Source: Bythopirellula sp.
GTDB taxonomy: Bacteria > Planctomycetota > Planctomycetia > Pirellulales > Lacipirellulaceae
Reading direction: 5' to 3'
DNA: 64,000 bases
NCBI GenBank assembly: GCA_965216565.1
Contig: OZ244170.1
Location: 480,001 to 544,000 of the forward strand
Part shown: positions 38,758-47,310 of the stretch, one piece after another
Layout: every line of letters begins with the position of its first letter
How positions within the stretch are numbered: the stretch's first letter is position 1
Program-made: the position numbers and the translations under genes
Notes under the pieces: model-generated
Seen by the model: only the letters and a program-made list of their open reading frames with translations
Told to the model about the DNA's origin: nothing
Databases searched by the model: none

Positions 38758-40673
38758 CTCACGGCCTCCACTTTAATCTTCGCTAAATACTTTGCCGGCT
38801 CGGCAAGCAGTCTCTTACGACAGCCCTCACAGCAGATAAAAACTGGATGGTCCTCGACCATGACTTTGATTGGTGCTCCCATCGACCCCAGCGGCATGTC
38901 TGTAACGGGACATACTTTTTGCCGCTCAGCGAGCATTCGATCCTCGGCAGACAACTTCGCCATGGCGACGGCTTGTTCTTCAGAGGGAGCATCTTCGACT
39001 TGCTCAAAAGGTGATTGAGAAACTACTAGTGGTTGTTCAACCACTTCTTCTAAGACTATTTGTGCTGTGCCGATCGGTGGCAGGTCGTCTTCGTCAAATT
39101 CTATTTCTACTTTAGGTTGTGCCTTGGTTGGGTCGATCAACGACGGGTTGCCAGCCAGCTGCATCTGTGAATCAATCAGGAAGTTCCCGGAAACAGCAAC
39201 CTCCTCTCCTTCCTTGAGACCTTCTAGCACAACGATCTGATCGCCACTACGACCACCTAGCACGACATTGCGAATCTCAAACCGGCCGGGCTCAGTCTCC
39301 ACGTAGACCACACTATCCCGACCTGCCATTAACACGGCACTACGAGGTATAACAAGCGCTTCCACATTCGTACTCGCTTCGCTTGTGAAGCCATACTGCG
39401 AGGAGGGAACTAGCTCGATCCCGCAGACGCGACACTGTCCGGGCGATGATTCCACAACGTGCGGATGTCGAGGACTGATCCACTTGTTTGCCAGTTCCGA
39501 GTCGTAGATATTTCCCTGCAAGCCGCCATCGGCAAGCGGCACTTCAATCGTTGCTCTTGCATAGTCACCGACCCGAAGTAAGCCGTTCTCATTGGGTATT
39601 ACGACTCGCACTCCGACAGTTCGCTTGACAGGATCTACAGTGGGATCAACGAAGGCTACACGGCCAGTAAAGGCCCTTCCGGGGAGCGATTGCACTTCCG
39701 CTTCCACTTTTTGTCCGTAACGGATAGTGGCGGCATCCTCCGGAAACAATTCCAGCATTAGCCATACCGTGGACAAATCCGCCAGCTCGTAGATTGCCTG
39801 GCCTTCTTTGACGTATTGGCCTTCCGTAGCGTACTTCTTAATCACTGTGCCGCTGATCGGTGCGCACAGATGCATGCGGCTATTCGCCTCGCCAGCAAGT
39901 TCCAGCTGACCGATTTGCTCTTCGGTCATACCGAGTTCGATTAGTCTCTGCTTCGTGCTTTTATACATGTCGCGATTCGACTGCACGACTCTTTGCAGGC
40001 TTGTCGACTGGCTCCCATCACGTGCCTTTTTGGCCAGGAGCAACTCGACCTGACCGGAATAGAGTCGCGGGGAATAGACCAGAGCTAGATGATCCCCTTT
40101 TGCTACGACCACGCCGGTAAAATCGGCATACAAGCGGTCGAGTCGTCCATCGACATAGGCAGAAATCGTTTTGAGTGAACCTTCATCGTAGTTGAGTTCA
40201 CCGATGGCCCGTATGGTACGCGTAAGCGGAGTCAACATCACAGCAGCGGTGTGAATGTTGGCGACACGCCGTGCTGCTGGATCTACTTGCACCGACTTCG
40301 AGTCTGATGAACCACCCCCCGATGCTGCTGGTACGAGTTCCATCTCACAAACAGGACACCGACCAGGTCCGATTTGTGGCGGGGTGCAAAGCATAGGGCA
40401 GATGTAGGTTCTGGTATCGCCACTGCTAGACGCAGCCTGATCACCACCCCCACCACCTCCAGCGGAAACCCAACCCATTTTCTGAGCCACTCCGAGACCC
40501 ACAATCAACGCGGCGCCTGCTGCTAACAAAAGCAATGGCTGCACCACAAGCTTGATCCACCATCGACGTGACTCTTGGCGGTCAATGGCCGAACTGGCTG
40601 CCTCTCGCTGAGCGCATTTAGCTGCTTCTTCCGGTTTAGCCCCAGAGTCAGCGTTCGTTGTTGTATCTTTCAT
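38754..40673 (-). CDS. cusB: CusB-type RND periplasmic adaptor with a C-terminal YHS/TRASH-like domain
   Basis: YICPMLC...CPVCEMEL; adaptor core; C-terminal CPVTDMPLGSMGAPIKV...ICCEGC; ATG at 40673. Confidence 0.88.
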   Translation of the reverse strand: MKDTTTNADSGAKPEEAAKCAQREAASSAIDRQESRRWWIKLVVQPLLLLAAGAALIVGLGVAQKMGWVSAGGGGGGDQAASSSGDTRTYICPMLCTPPQIGPGRCPVCEMELVPAASGGGSSDSKSVQVDPAARRVANIHTAAVMLTPLTRTIRAIGELNYDEGSLKTISAYVDGRLDRLYADFTGVVVAKGDHLALVYSPRLYSGQVELLLAKKARDGSQSTSLQRVVQSNRDMYKSTKQRLIELGMTEEQIGQLELAGEANSRMHLCAPISGTVIKKYATEGQYVKEGQAIYELADLSTVWLMLELFPEDAATIRYGQKVEAEVQSLPGRAFTGRVAFVDPTVDPVKRTVGVRVVIPNENGLLRVGDYARATIEVPLADGGLQGNIYDSELANKWISPRHPHVVESSPGQCRVCGIELVPSSQYGFTSEASTNVEALVIPRSAVLMAGRDSVVYVETEPGRFEIRNVVLGGRSGDQIVVLEGLKEGEEVAVSGNFLIDSQMQLAGNPSLIDPTKAQPKVEIEFDEDDLPPIGTAQIVLEEVVEQPLVVSQSPFEQVEDAPSEEQAVAMAKLSAEDRMLAERQKVCPVTDMPLGSMGAPIKVMVEDHPVFICCEGCRKRLLAEPAKYLAKIKVEAVR

Positions 40674-40781
40674 GATTATCTCGCTGCACCCGTTTAGATG
40701 CGTGTATTTCGAAGCGAGCAGGTGCAGCGCCAACCGTTCCCTCGGGCCGCCGCACACCGCTCACTACGGTTGATTCCTACA

Positions 40782-40919
40782 TTAGCCACAACTTGGACAT
40801 GACCCTGCGGAAGATGACCCGGTCCTAGCCGGCCTCGATCCAGCGCTACGACAACCAGCGGCTGTGAGCGTCACGACAATAAGCAGGGCAGCAATCCATC
40901 GAAATCCGTTCCGGTACAT
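40782..40919 (-). CDS. 45-aa lipoprotein ending CPSCG
   Basis: GAGGA RBS, then MYRNGFRWIAALLIVVTLTAAGCRS...GSCPSCG. Confidence 0.6.
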   Translation of the reverse strand: MYRNGFRWIAALLIVVTLTAAGCRSAGSRPARTGSSSAGSCPSCG

Positions 40920-41130
40920 AGTGGTCCTCATTAACTTATTAGGTGTTGATAGGCTTTCGCGCATTTCCACGTGACGCGAAACAAACATGTTGAATGAGAG
41001 AGCAATCGTGTGAATGACAATGTCCGCCACAATTGTGACCGCTCACGTGTGATCAGAAGCACCAGCGTAGAAAGCAAATCGCGCAGCTAGCATCCGTGGC
41101 TAAGCGCGCAGTGGTGCTGTAGAAGTTGGT

Positions 41131-41712
41131 TCAGATTGTGAACCGGCAGAGAGTGACGCAGCGATCAAGAGCAGACAAAGCAGCATCTGCCCAGGCACAC
41201 AAATTCGTGTGCTGCCGCGTCGCAGAAGGTAGATAAACGGTGTCGGAGAAAGTCCCGGCAGCTGAGCCGACTAGATTTCTTTCGGGGGAGCTATTTTCGA
41301 CAGGAGGAGCCGCTGGCTTAGGCGGGGTATTGCTCTTACCGCACTGGCAGTTGTCGCCACAAGAACAACCGGTTTTAGATTCGCCACGCGAACAACAGCT
41401 GTTACTTGCTTTGTTCCCTGAACAGCAGGTACTACTCTGTTGATGGCAAGGACTTGCATCGCCACAGCGACAGACCTTAGATCCCGTGCAGCGGCATGGA
41501 CCAACAGCTTGCTGGCTACAACAACTGGCTGGAGTTATACCAGCCACAGAGCAACTGTCAGCACAACAGCAACCCTTCGACTGCTGAACTTCGACAGCGG
41601 ACGTTATGCCGCTCGTGCAGCCGCACGCGACTGACGGCAAACCCTGCACGGGAATCGTCATAGCGGCGAGCCAGACAAAAGTGCGGGCGGCAATGTGTTC
41701 AGTAATCCACAT
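41131..41712 (-). CDS. Metallothionein-like Cys-rich protein ending RCVTLCRFTI
   Basis: Signal-like N-terminus; many CC/CxC motifs; Pro-rich linker; shared C-terminal motif. Confidence 0.72.
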   Translation of the reverse strand: MWITEHIAARTFVWLAAMTIPVQGLPSVACGCTSGITSAVEVQQSKGCCCADSCSVAGITPASCCSQQAVGPCRCTGSKVCRCGDASPCHQQSSTCCSGNKASNSCCSRGESKTGCSCGDNCQCGKSNTPPKPAAPPVENSSPERNLVGSAAGTFSDTVYLPSATRQHTNLCAWADAALSALDRCVTLCRFTI

Positions 41713-41986
41713 AATGAAAGTTCTCTTTGCATGCCACCTTTGGAGGCGGACAAATTCTTCTTCGTTTATCGGCTCGCCAGGAAACACACCTAAAGGAGAA
41801 GCAGTAAAGAAATCTCCTACGAGGTCAAAGTACTAGACTCTAGGGAAAATCCAAAAAACTTGGCGGAAGGTCAAGGGCAACTAATGCCAGCTATATGCAA
41901 TGATGGCATCCTTAGCCCTTGTGTCAACATATTTCCGTTGTCCCCTGACTACAGCCATCCCCCCCAAGTTACGGTGAATACACAAA

Positions 41987-42018
41987 CACCTCTGGCGGCA
42001 AAAAAGTCGCCAGAGGTG
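41987..42018 (-). terminator. Probable intrinsic terminator after 42060..42476
   Basis: CACCTCTGGCG...CGCCAGAGGTG hairpin followed by TTTGTGT on the minus strand. Confidence 0.55.
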
Positions 42019-42059
42019 CGATTTTCATTCGTTTGACACTGTAAGCAGGGCCATCGGTC

Positions 42060-42476
42060 CTATGCGACAATTCTAGCCGAAGAAGTCCCACAGCAAGGGC
42101 GTTTGATTTTGCAGCAATAGGCACGTTTTGCACAGCAAGTTGGCCTGACGGCTTGATCGCTGCTCGCCAAAGATGCTGTCATCGACTCCGTTCGAACTAC
42201 TTTGGCCCTAGCCGACTTTCCACAGCACGGCCTCTTGATAGTGCAGCAGTAAGCTCGCTTTACGCAGCAAGACTGTTTGCTGGTAATCTCTTTACTAGGT
42301 TCGGCCATGACACCCGACAATTCAGCGTCCGTTGAAGAATTGCTGCAGCATCGCGCTTTGATTGAGCAGCAGTAGGCCTTCTTGGCGCAACAGGATTGTT
42401 GGGTCAATGACGAATCGTCGGCAGCGAAGGTTAGGCCGAATGCAACGGCAGCTAACGTAGCAAGTTTAATAATCAT
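42060..42476 (-). CDS. Secreted protein with three CCxKxAYCCxIKxxCC repeats
   Basis: Signal peptide; CCAKKAYCCSIKARCC, CCVKRAYCCTIKRPCC, CCAKRAYCCKIKRPCC. Confidence 0.8.
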   Translation of the reverse strand: MIIKLATLAAVAFGLTFAADDSSLTQQSCCAKKAYCCSIKARCCSNSSTDAELSGVMAEPSKEITSKQSCCVKRAYCCTIKRPCCGKSARAKVVRTESMTASLASSDQAVRPTCCAKRAYCCKIKRPCCGTSSARIVA

Positions 42477-42578
42477 CGTATTTTTCCTTTGCGTGAACAG
42501 TAGATCTATAAAGTTTCCTAGAGATGTACTTTAGAAGAATGACAGCCATTCTGGTTGCCAGTACGTCGCAAGAGCAGA

Positions 42579-42938
42579 TTAACATCGCCACACACAAAAG
42601 AGTTGCTGGATCGAACGTCCCCCTGTGAAGCAGTCCGTTTGAGGCACTGTTCGCCATTGCGTTAACTGGGGTGCTTCGATGGTATGCCACACCGGTAGCA
42701 AGGGTGAGGGCGACGCGTGGCGAGGCCCCTCAGGAACCAAAGCTGCGATCCCTCGGCTTTGGCAGCAACAACTAGCAATTGGATTGAATGGAGGCGAGTT
42801 TTGAGTGTCAATCTTGTGCTCGTGACAACAAGTCGCAGGGCCGCTACTGCCTTCGTCCGCAACCGCTCGTTGGCCACAGACCACGCTTGGCGTGATAGCA
42901 ACACTCCCTATCAGGGAGAAGACGACCAACTTTTTCAT
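42579..42938 (-). CDS. Cys-rich protein ending IQQLFCVWRC
   Basis: Signal-like MKKLVVFSLIG; TCCHEH, SCCCQ; Pro-rich linker. Confidence 0.6.
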   Translation of the reverse strand: MKKLVVFSLIGSVAITPSVVCGQRAVADEGSSGPATCCHEHKIDTQNSPPFNPIASCCCQSRGIAALVPEGPRHASPSPLLPVWHTIEAPQLTQWRTVPQTDCFTGGRSIQQLFCVWRC

Positions 42939-43218
42939 GAAATCGTTCACGGCAGCACCAAGCTCGTGCAGAAACAATCTGATCCCTTATACCTACTAAG
43001 TTAGATGCTCTTGGTACTACCATTCTTCACGAGACCACTCTGAGACTGCCTGAGGCCTCGCTAGGTCTTGAAAATCAGCATTTAGACCTAGTGAACCAGG
43101 CTTTTTGACCGGCCGCTTTGGGTATGAAAGAGAGCTACAATGTTCTGCTGATGGCAGAAAGGCTTTGAGCAGTCGGTGACTCAAGAAATCGGTTGATTAA
43201 GCCGATTTTAAATGTGGA

Positions 43219-43254
43219 GTTGACAAACCACTCAACGTTGAGCATAATATCAAC
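43219..43254 (+). promoter_or_regulatory. Sigma70 promoter overlaid by two tandem palindromic operators; probably leaderless transcript
   Basis: TTGACA (43220-43225), 17-bp spacer, CATAAT (43243-43248), 6 bp, then ATG; GTTGA-N8-TCAAC at 43219-43236 and at 43237-43254. Confidence 0.85.
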
Positions 43255-43626
43255 ATGAGCACGACATTTGGTGATATTCTTCGAGCAAGACGCCGTACAG
43301 CGGGCATCAGTCAACGAAAGCTGGCAGAGCTTGCCGAGGTGGATTTTTCCTACATCAGCAAGATCGAGAACGGGCGGTTACCTGCACCGGCGGCCGAAAC
43401 GTTGATGCGCATGGCAGAGTCTCTTGGCTGTCCGCCAGAGGACTTGCTTGCGGCGGCTAAGAAGCTGCCTAATACTGTCGGGTCGAACGTATCAAGTAGC
43501 CCAGCCGCCGTTCGTTTTCTGCAAGATGCATCACAACTGCAACTGACGCCTGAGGAATGGGAGACGATGCGAGGGTCGTTGCATGGGCTCCGCGAAGGAC
43601 ACCGTAAACGGCGGAGGAAGCCGTGA
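43255..43626 (+). CDS. XRE-family HTH transcriptional regulator
   Basis: FGDILRARRRTAGISQRKLAELAEVDFSYISKIENG. Confidence 0.92.
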   Translation: MSTTFGDILRARRRTAGISQRKLAELAEVDFSYISKIENGRLPAPAAETLMRMAESLGCPPEDLLAAAKKLPNTVGSNVSSSPAAVRFLQDASQLQLTPEEWETMRGSLHGLREGHRKRRRKP

Positions 43627-44561
43627 GAAAAGTCTACTCACACAGTCGACGGTCCACGTTGGTGAAATGCGCTCGGCAGTATTTCTACGAATGTTATGCA
43701 GCAGGAGTTGCACCACCTGCCTACGACCCACAAATGGGACTGTTTTCGGAGCCAGAGCCAGACCATGCGGTAATTGACACAGACGCCGTCAAAGAAGTAA
43801 GTGCGCTGAAAGAGTTGTCTAATAGCTACCAAGCTGCCGGGCTTATTTTGCATGAACTCATTGGACTGCACTGGAAGCATGTTGATTGGAGCCCTGAGTG
43901 GTTCATTGAACAAGCCGAAAAGCGATTTGACGCTTGGGTCATTCGGTCTCAAAACGCAGAAGATAATAGCACGCGTCTACTTGAGCACTATTACAGCTTG
44001 AATGACGCTGGCGAAACCATCACAGAAGCACGTCGCCGTTTGCAACATGCGATGTCGACTTATATGACTGACGAGACAATAAGCGATTTTGTCGCCTTAC
44101 TACGAGCGGGCGACGAAATCCTTACTGAACAGCCTATTGGGGGGCTGCCGAAGATTCGCGGATTTACGATTATGGGAAGAATCGATGTCGCCTGCCGATT
44201 TGGTTCTGAGGTTCGTGTTGTTGATTGGAAAATGGGTGCTTCGGTCGGTGATGAGGACAGTTTGCAGCTTACGTTGTACGGATGGTGGGCAACTGAGAAA
44301 TTCAATGTTTCACCTGAGAATGTCATTATTCAGCGAGTATTCCTCGGTGATGGCACCGTTGAGGGTGAGATTCGATTAAGTGCTCGGATGCTCGAGCGTG
44401 GTCGCGCCCGACTGCTTCAAGATGTGGAGCGGATGAGAGATCTTCAGGAGTACGGTGAGAAAGGCATATTCGAAGCCTTTCCCCCTTGTGAAAAGGAAAA
44501 GATATGTCATCAGTGCAAGTATCAGGGCATTTGCCCCGCCATCGCGTGCGAGACGGCGTAG
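43623..44561 (+). CDS. PD-(D/E)XK nuclease, Cas4/AddB-like, with a probable Fe-S cluster
   Basis: N-terminal KCARQYFY; GLILHE; GRID...VVDWKMG; QLTLY (QxxxY); C-terminal CHQCKYQGIC; GTGA overlap with the regulator gene. Confidence 0.88.
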   Translation: MRKVYSHSRRSTLVKCARQYFYECYAAGVAPPAYDPQMGLFSEPEPDHAVIDTDAVKEVSALKELSNSYQAAGLILHELIGLHWKHVDWSPEWFIEQAEKRFDAWVIRSQNAEDNSTRLLEHYYSLNDAGETITEARRRLQHAMSTYMTDETISDFVALLRAGDEILTEQPIGGLPKIRGFTIMGRIDVACRFGSEVRVVDWKMGASVGDEDSLQLTLYGWWATEKFNVSPENVIIQRVFLGDGTVEGEIRLSARMLERGRARLLQDVERMRDLQEYGEKGIFEAFPPCEKEKICHQCKYQGICPAIACETA

Positions 44562-46843
44562 AGACGAATCTTCGTGTTGTAGAGGCATTAAACGGACACT
44601 TGGAATGTGACCCGGTGCGTTTTGAGTCTGCCGATTGCGGTAGCGATATCCGAGAGAAGATTTGCAGCCGCTTGCGTCGACTAGGCCGCGTAGCAGTGCC
44701 CTCACCAATAGATGCCCATGAATTGTTACTGGTTCCGGGGCAATCCTCGCTCCCAGACGAGGTTGAAGGAGATGGTTGGCACGCCAAGCTTTTCCGTAAG
44801 GTTGGTGTCGTTGAACTTAACCTTGCCAATCGCAAACAGAGCCGGGCTGCTGAAGCAATAATTCAGAAATCGTTAGTCGTCGAATTTGAAAAATCGACGT
44901 CGCATTGGTGTTTGTCGGAGTCAACACGATATTGGTACACCGACGAACCTGTTGCGGTGGAGGATGGAGTTGTATTGCTGCCGCGACTTTCGTTTGCGAC
45001 ACACGGTCTTGGGGACAGCAAGATCGGCATCTCGTTTGACTGCGGTCACATGATTCGCAGTGAACAGTGTGTAGCAGATTACTTGGCGAGCCCAACGGAG
45101 CGAGAGGTATTCGAGCGGTTTCGTTGCCGTGACAAAGGGCGTAAGGGTACCTTGATCTACAACACAGGTGGATCGCGTCGTTCCAAGTGTTACTTCCACA
45201 GCTACGCTGATGGGCTTACGTGTGAAACCACCGGTGTGCTCAAATTCGGCAACGAACGGCATGAATCACTGTTTGAGTATTACCGGCAACGTTACCCGAA
45301 ACTTGCCGTATCGGGCGATGACCCGGTCGTCTACGTGTCGTTTGATTGGGGTGATCGTCCGGTACTAGTAAATGCTAAGCTACTACATCTTAGGCTGAGG
45401 CTCGACGCAGAGCAGATGCCAGCCAAGTTACGTCGACTGTCCATGTCACCTTCTCGCCGTCGAGAACAGGTAATGCAACAGTGGACTCCAACGAACGAGG
45501 CCGCCGTAGAGCAATGCGGTGTAAAGTTCTGTGGTGAATTGTGGCAACCTGACGTAGCTGACACCGAGCAGTTGCCAGCCCCGGATTTATTGTTTGGGCA
45601 AGGAGAACGGCTTCGTGGGCCGCAAGCCGAGTCTCTGGAAGACCACCAGAAGTACTTCCGCAAACGGCAGCGACTGCTGCGAGAACATGGGGCGTATCGT
45701 GTCGAGGCGACGGTAGCGAAAGATATTTGGATCGTTACACCACCAATGCGAGGACATTGGTCGCAATCGCTGCAGGATGCTTTTGTCAATCAAGTACGTC
45801 AGAACTTGGACCAATTGACACGGCAAACATTTAGACTTCGCGTGACGACCGCCACGTCAGCTAGAGACGCTGCAGAGCGATTGCAGAAGGAGCCAACATC
45901 GACAAGTCTGATTGTTTTCGATGAGCAAGACATGGACGGTGCGGCGTATTATCTGCTGGCCGAGGAGTTGCCACGGTGGCGGTTAAAGCGAGTGACACGA
46001 AGCACCTTGGAGGGGGCGTGGCGGCGGTGGCAGCGAGCCTCGAACGGAAAGGAAAAAGCGAAGGCCGAGCGAGCTTGGAACGATGTGATTTTCCACACTG
46101 TCCTGGACTTACTTGATCAGATGGAAGTAGTGCCGTGGCGAATCGCATCCTGGGAGTACGATGCCTGTCTGGCAATTGACGTCGCCCAAGAGCGACGATT
46201 CTGTGCGGTTACATTGCTGCTCTGCCGTGATCCTGAGCAATATGCTGGTTGCAACGGATTCTGGCGATATATCGAAACCTGGGCCAAAACTGACACTCGA
46301 CGCGAGACAATTAACCCAGTTCGGTTGGAAGACAAGATTGCTGGCATCGTAGAGCAGTTTTCAGGCTCGCACCTTTCGCAAATTCGTTCGGTTCTCGTGC
46401 TGCGGGATGGACGTGAGTGCGGTGATGAGCCGCAGGCCATTGATCGCGGTCTTAATCGCTGGAAACAACGTGGTGTGCTAGCCCAAAGTGCCGCGATCGA
46501 TGTCGTTGACTATCACAAGCACACTGTGAAGGACCTCCGGATGTGGAATTGTTCTAACGGAGATGTTACGAACGTGCTTGGAGGACGCGCCATCTATCTC
46601 CAGAACGCTGCATTAGTATGTCTGACGGGTGCGGCTACGGTATCGAAATACGCAACATCTGATCCTTGTCTGCTTGTCGGACGAGAGAATGCCGATGTGC
46701 GTCGAGCAGCCCGTGCGGTGTTTGCCCTCGCTCAACATAACTATCTCAGTCCCAACACCGCGTACCGAGATGCTCAGCCGATGCGCGACGCTGATCACGC
46801 CTTGATGCGAAGGTCGGCAATAGAGGTACGAGGATTGCGATAG
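44504..46843 (+). CDS. Long prokaryotic Argonaute (PAZ-MID-PIWI), 779 aa, with an apparent catalytic tetrad
   Basis: PAZ-like SLFEYYRQRYP...PVVYV; L2-like LPAPDLLFG; VPW followed by CLAIDV (D559), RRETI (E601), LVLRDG (D635), DYHKH...LRMW, HNY...QPMRDADH (D764), in PIWI order and spacing. Confidence 0.85.
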   Translation: MSSVQVSGHLPRHRVRDGVETNLRVVEALNGHLECDPVRFESADCGSDIREKICSRLRRLGRVAVPSPIDAHELLLVPGQSSLPDEVEGDGWHAKLFRKVGVVELNLANRKQSRAAEAIIQKSLVVEFEKSTSHWCLSESTRYWYTDEPVAVEDGVVLLPRLSFATHGLGDSKIGISFDCGHMIRSEQCVADYLASPTEREVFERFRCRDKGRKGTLIYNTGGSRRSKCYFHSYADGLTCETTGVLKFGNERHESLFEYYRQRYPKLAVSGDDPVVYVSFDWGDRPVLVNAKLLHLRLRLDAEQMPAKLRRLSMSPSRRREQVMQQWTPTNEAAVEQCGVKFCGELWQPDVADTEQLPAPDLLFGQGERLRGPQAESLEDHQKYFRKRQRLLREHGAYRVEATVAKDIWIVTPPMRGHWSQSLQDAFVNQVRQNLDQLTRQTFRLRVTTATSARDAAERLQKEPTSTSLIVFDEQDMDGAAYYLLAEELPRWRLKRVTRSTLEGAWRRWQRASNGKEKAKAERAWNDVIFHTVLDLLDQMEVVPWRIASWEYDACLAIDVAQERRFCAVTLLLCRDPEQYAGCNGFWRYIETWAKTDTRRETINPVRLEDKIAGIVEQFSGSHLSQIRSVLVLRDGRECGDEPQAIDRGLNRWKQRGVLAQSAAIDVVDYHKHTVKDLRMWNCSNGDVTNVLGGRAIYLQNAALVCLTGAATVSKYATSDPCLLVGRENADVRRAARAVFALAQHNYLSPNTAYRDAQPMRDADHALMRRSAIEVRGLR

Positions 46844-46866
46844 TTCACAAAACGGGAGATGAAATC

Positions 46867-47310
46867 ATGAAACAACATTGGCTTGATATACAAAGTTTTC
46901 TAGCCGACCAGAAAATACTCTCAGCGATCGATGACCTGGCCATTGCGACGAAGTTCGAACTGTCAGGAATTGATGACCCTGAGCGGCAGCAGTTGGCTGA
47001 GAGCGCGCGGAAAAACCTCTCGCAGTTTCTCACGCGGCTCGCTGAGTTGGGGCACGTAGCGGATGAAGGACTTGTGAAGGGCATTGACCCTCGACTAAAA
47101 GAACTGCTGGATGCCTATCGAACGGCTCGCCAGGATTCCGGAAATTACCAATCTGTCTTGATGCGCGCCGGTGCAGATGCAGCCGTTCGACTACTCAATG
47201 AAAACGATAAGCGAAGCCAGCGCGAGTTGATTGAAAGCCTGAATGAACTCAGGAGGGTCGTGGAACGTCATCAGCAAACAGATATTTCTGCGATCCTGGA
47301 AGAGATTTGA
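46867..47310 (+). CDS. Hypothetical all-helical protein in the Argonaute operon
   Basis: GGAG RBS; 23 bp after the Ago stop; TGATG overlap with the next gene. Confidence 0.8.
   Translation: MKQHWLDIQSFLADQKILSAIDDLAIATKFELSGIDDPERQQLAESARKNLSQFLTRLAELGHVADEGLVKGIDPRLKELLDAYRTARQDSGNYQSVLMRAGADAAVRLLNENDKRSQRELIESLNELRRVVERHQQTDISAILEEI

Noticed and set aside
43623..44561. Cas4-like gene as evidence of a CRISPR-Cas locus
   Set aside because: No repeat-spacer array and no cas1, cas2 or other cas gene seen in the window
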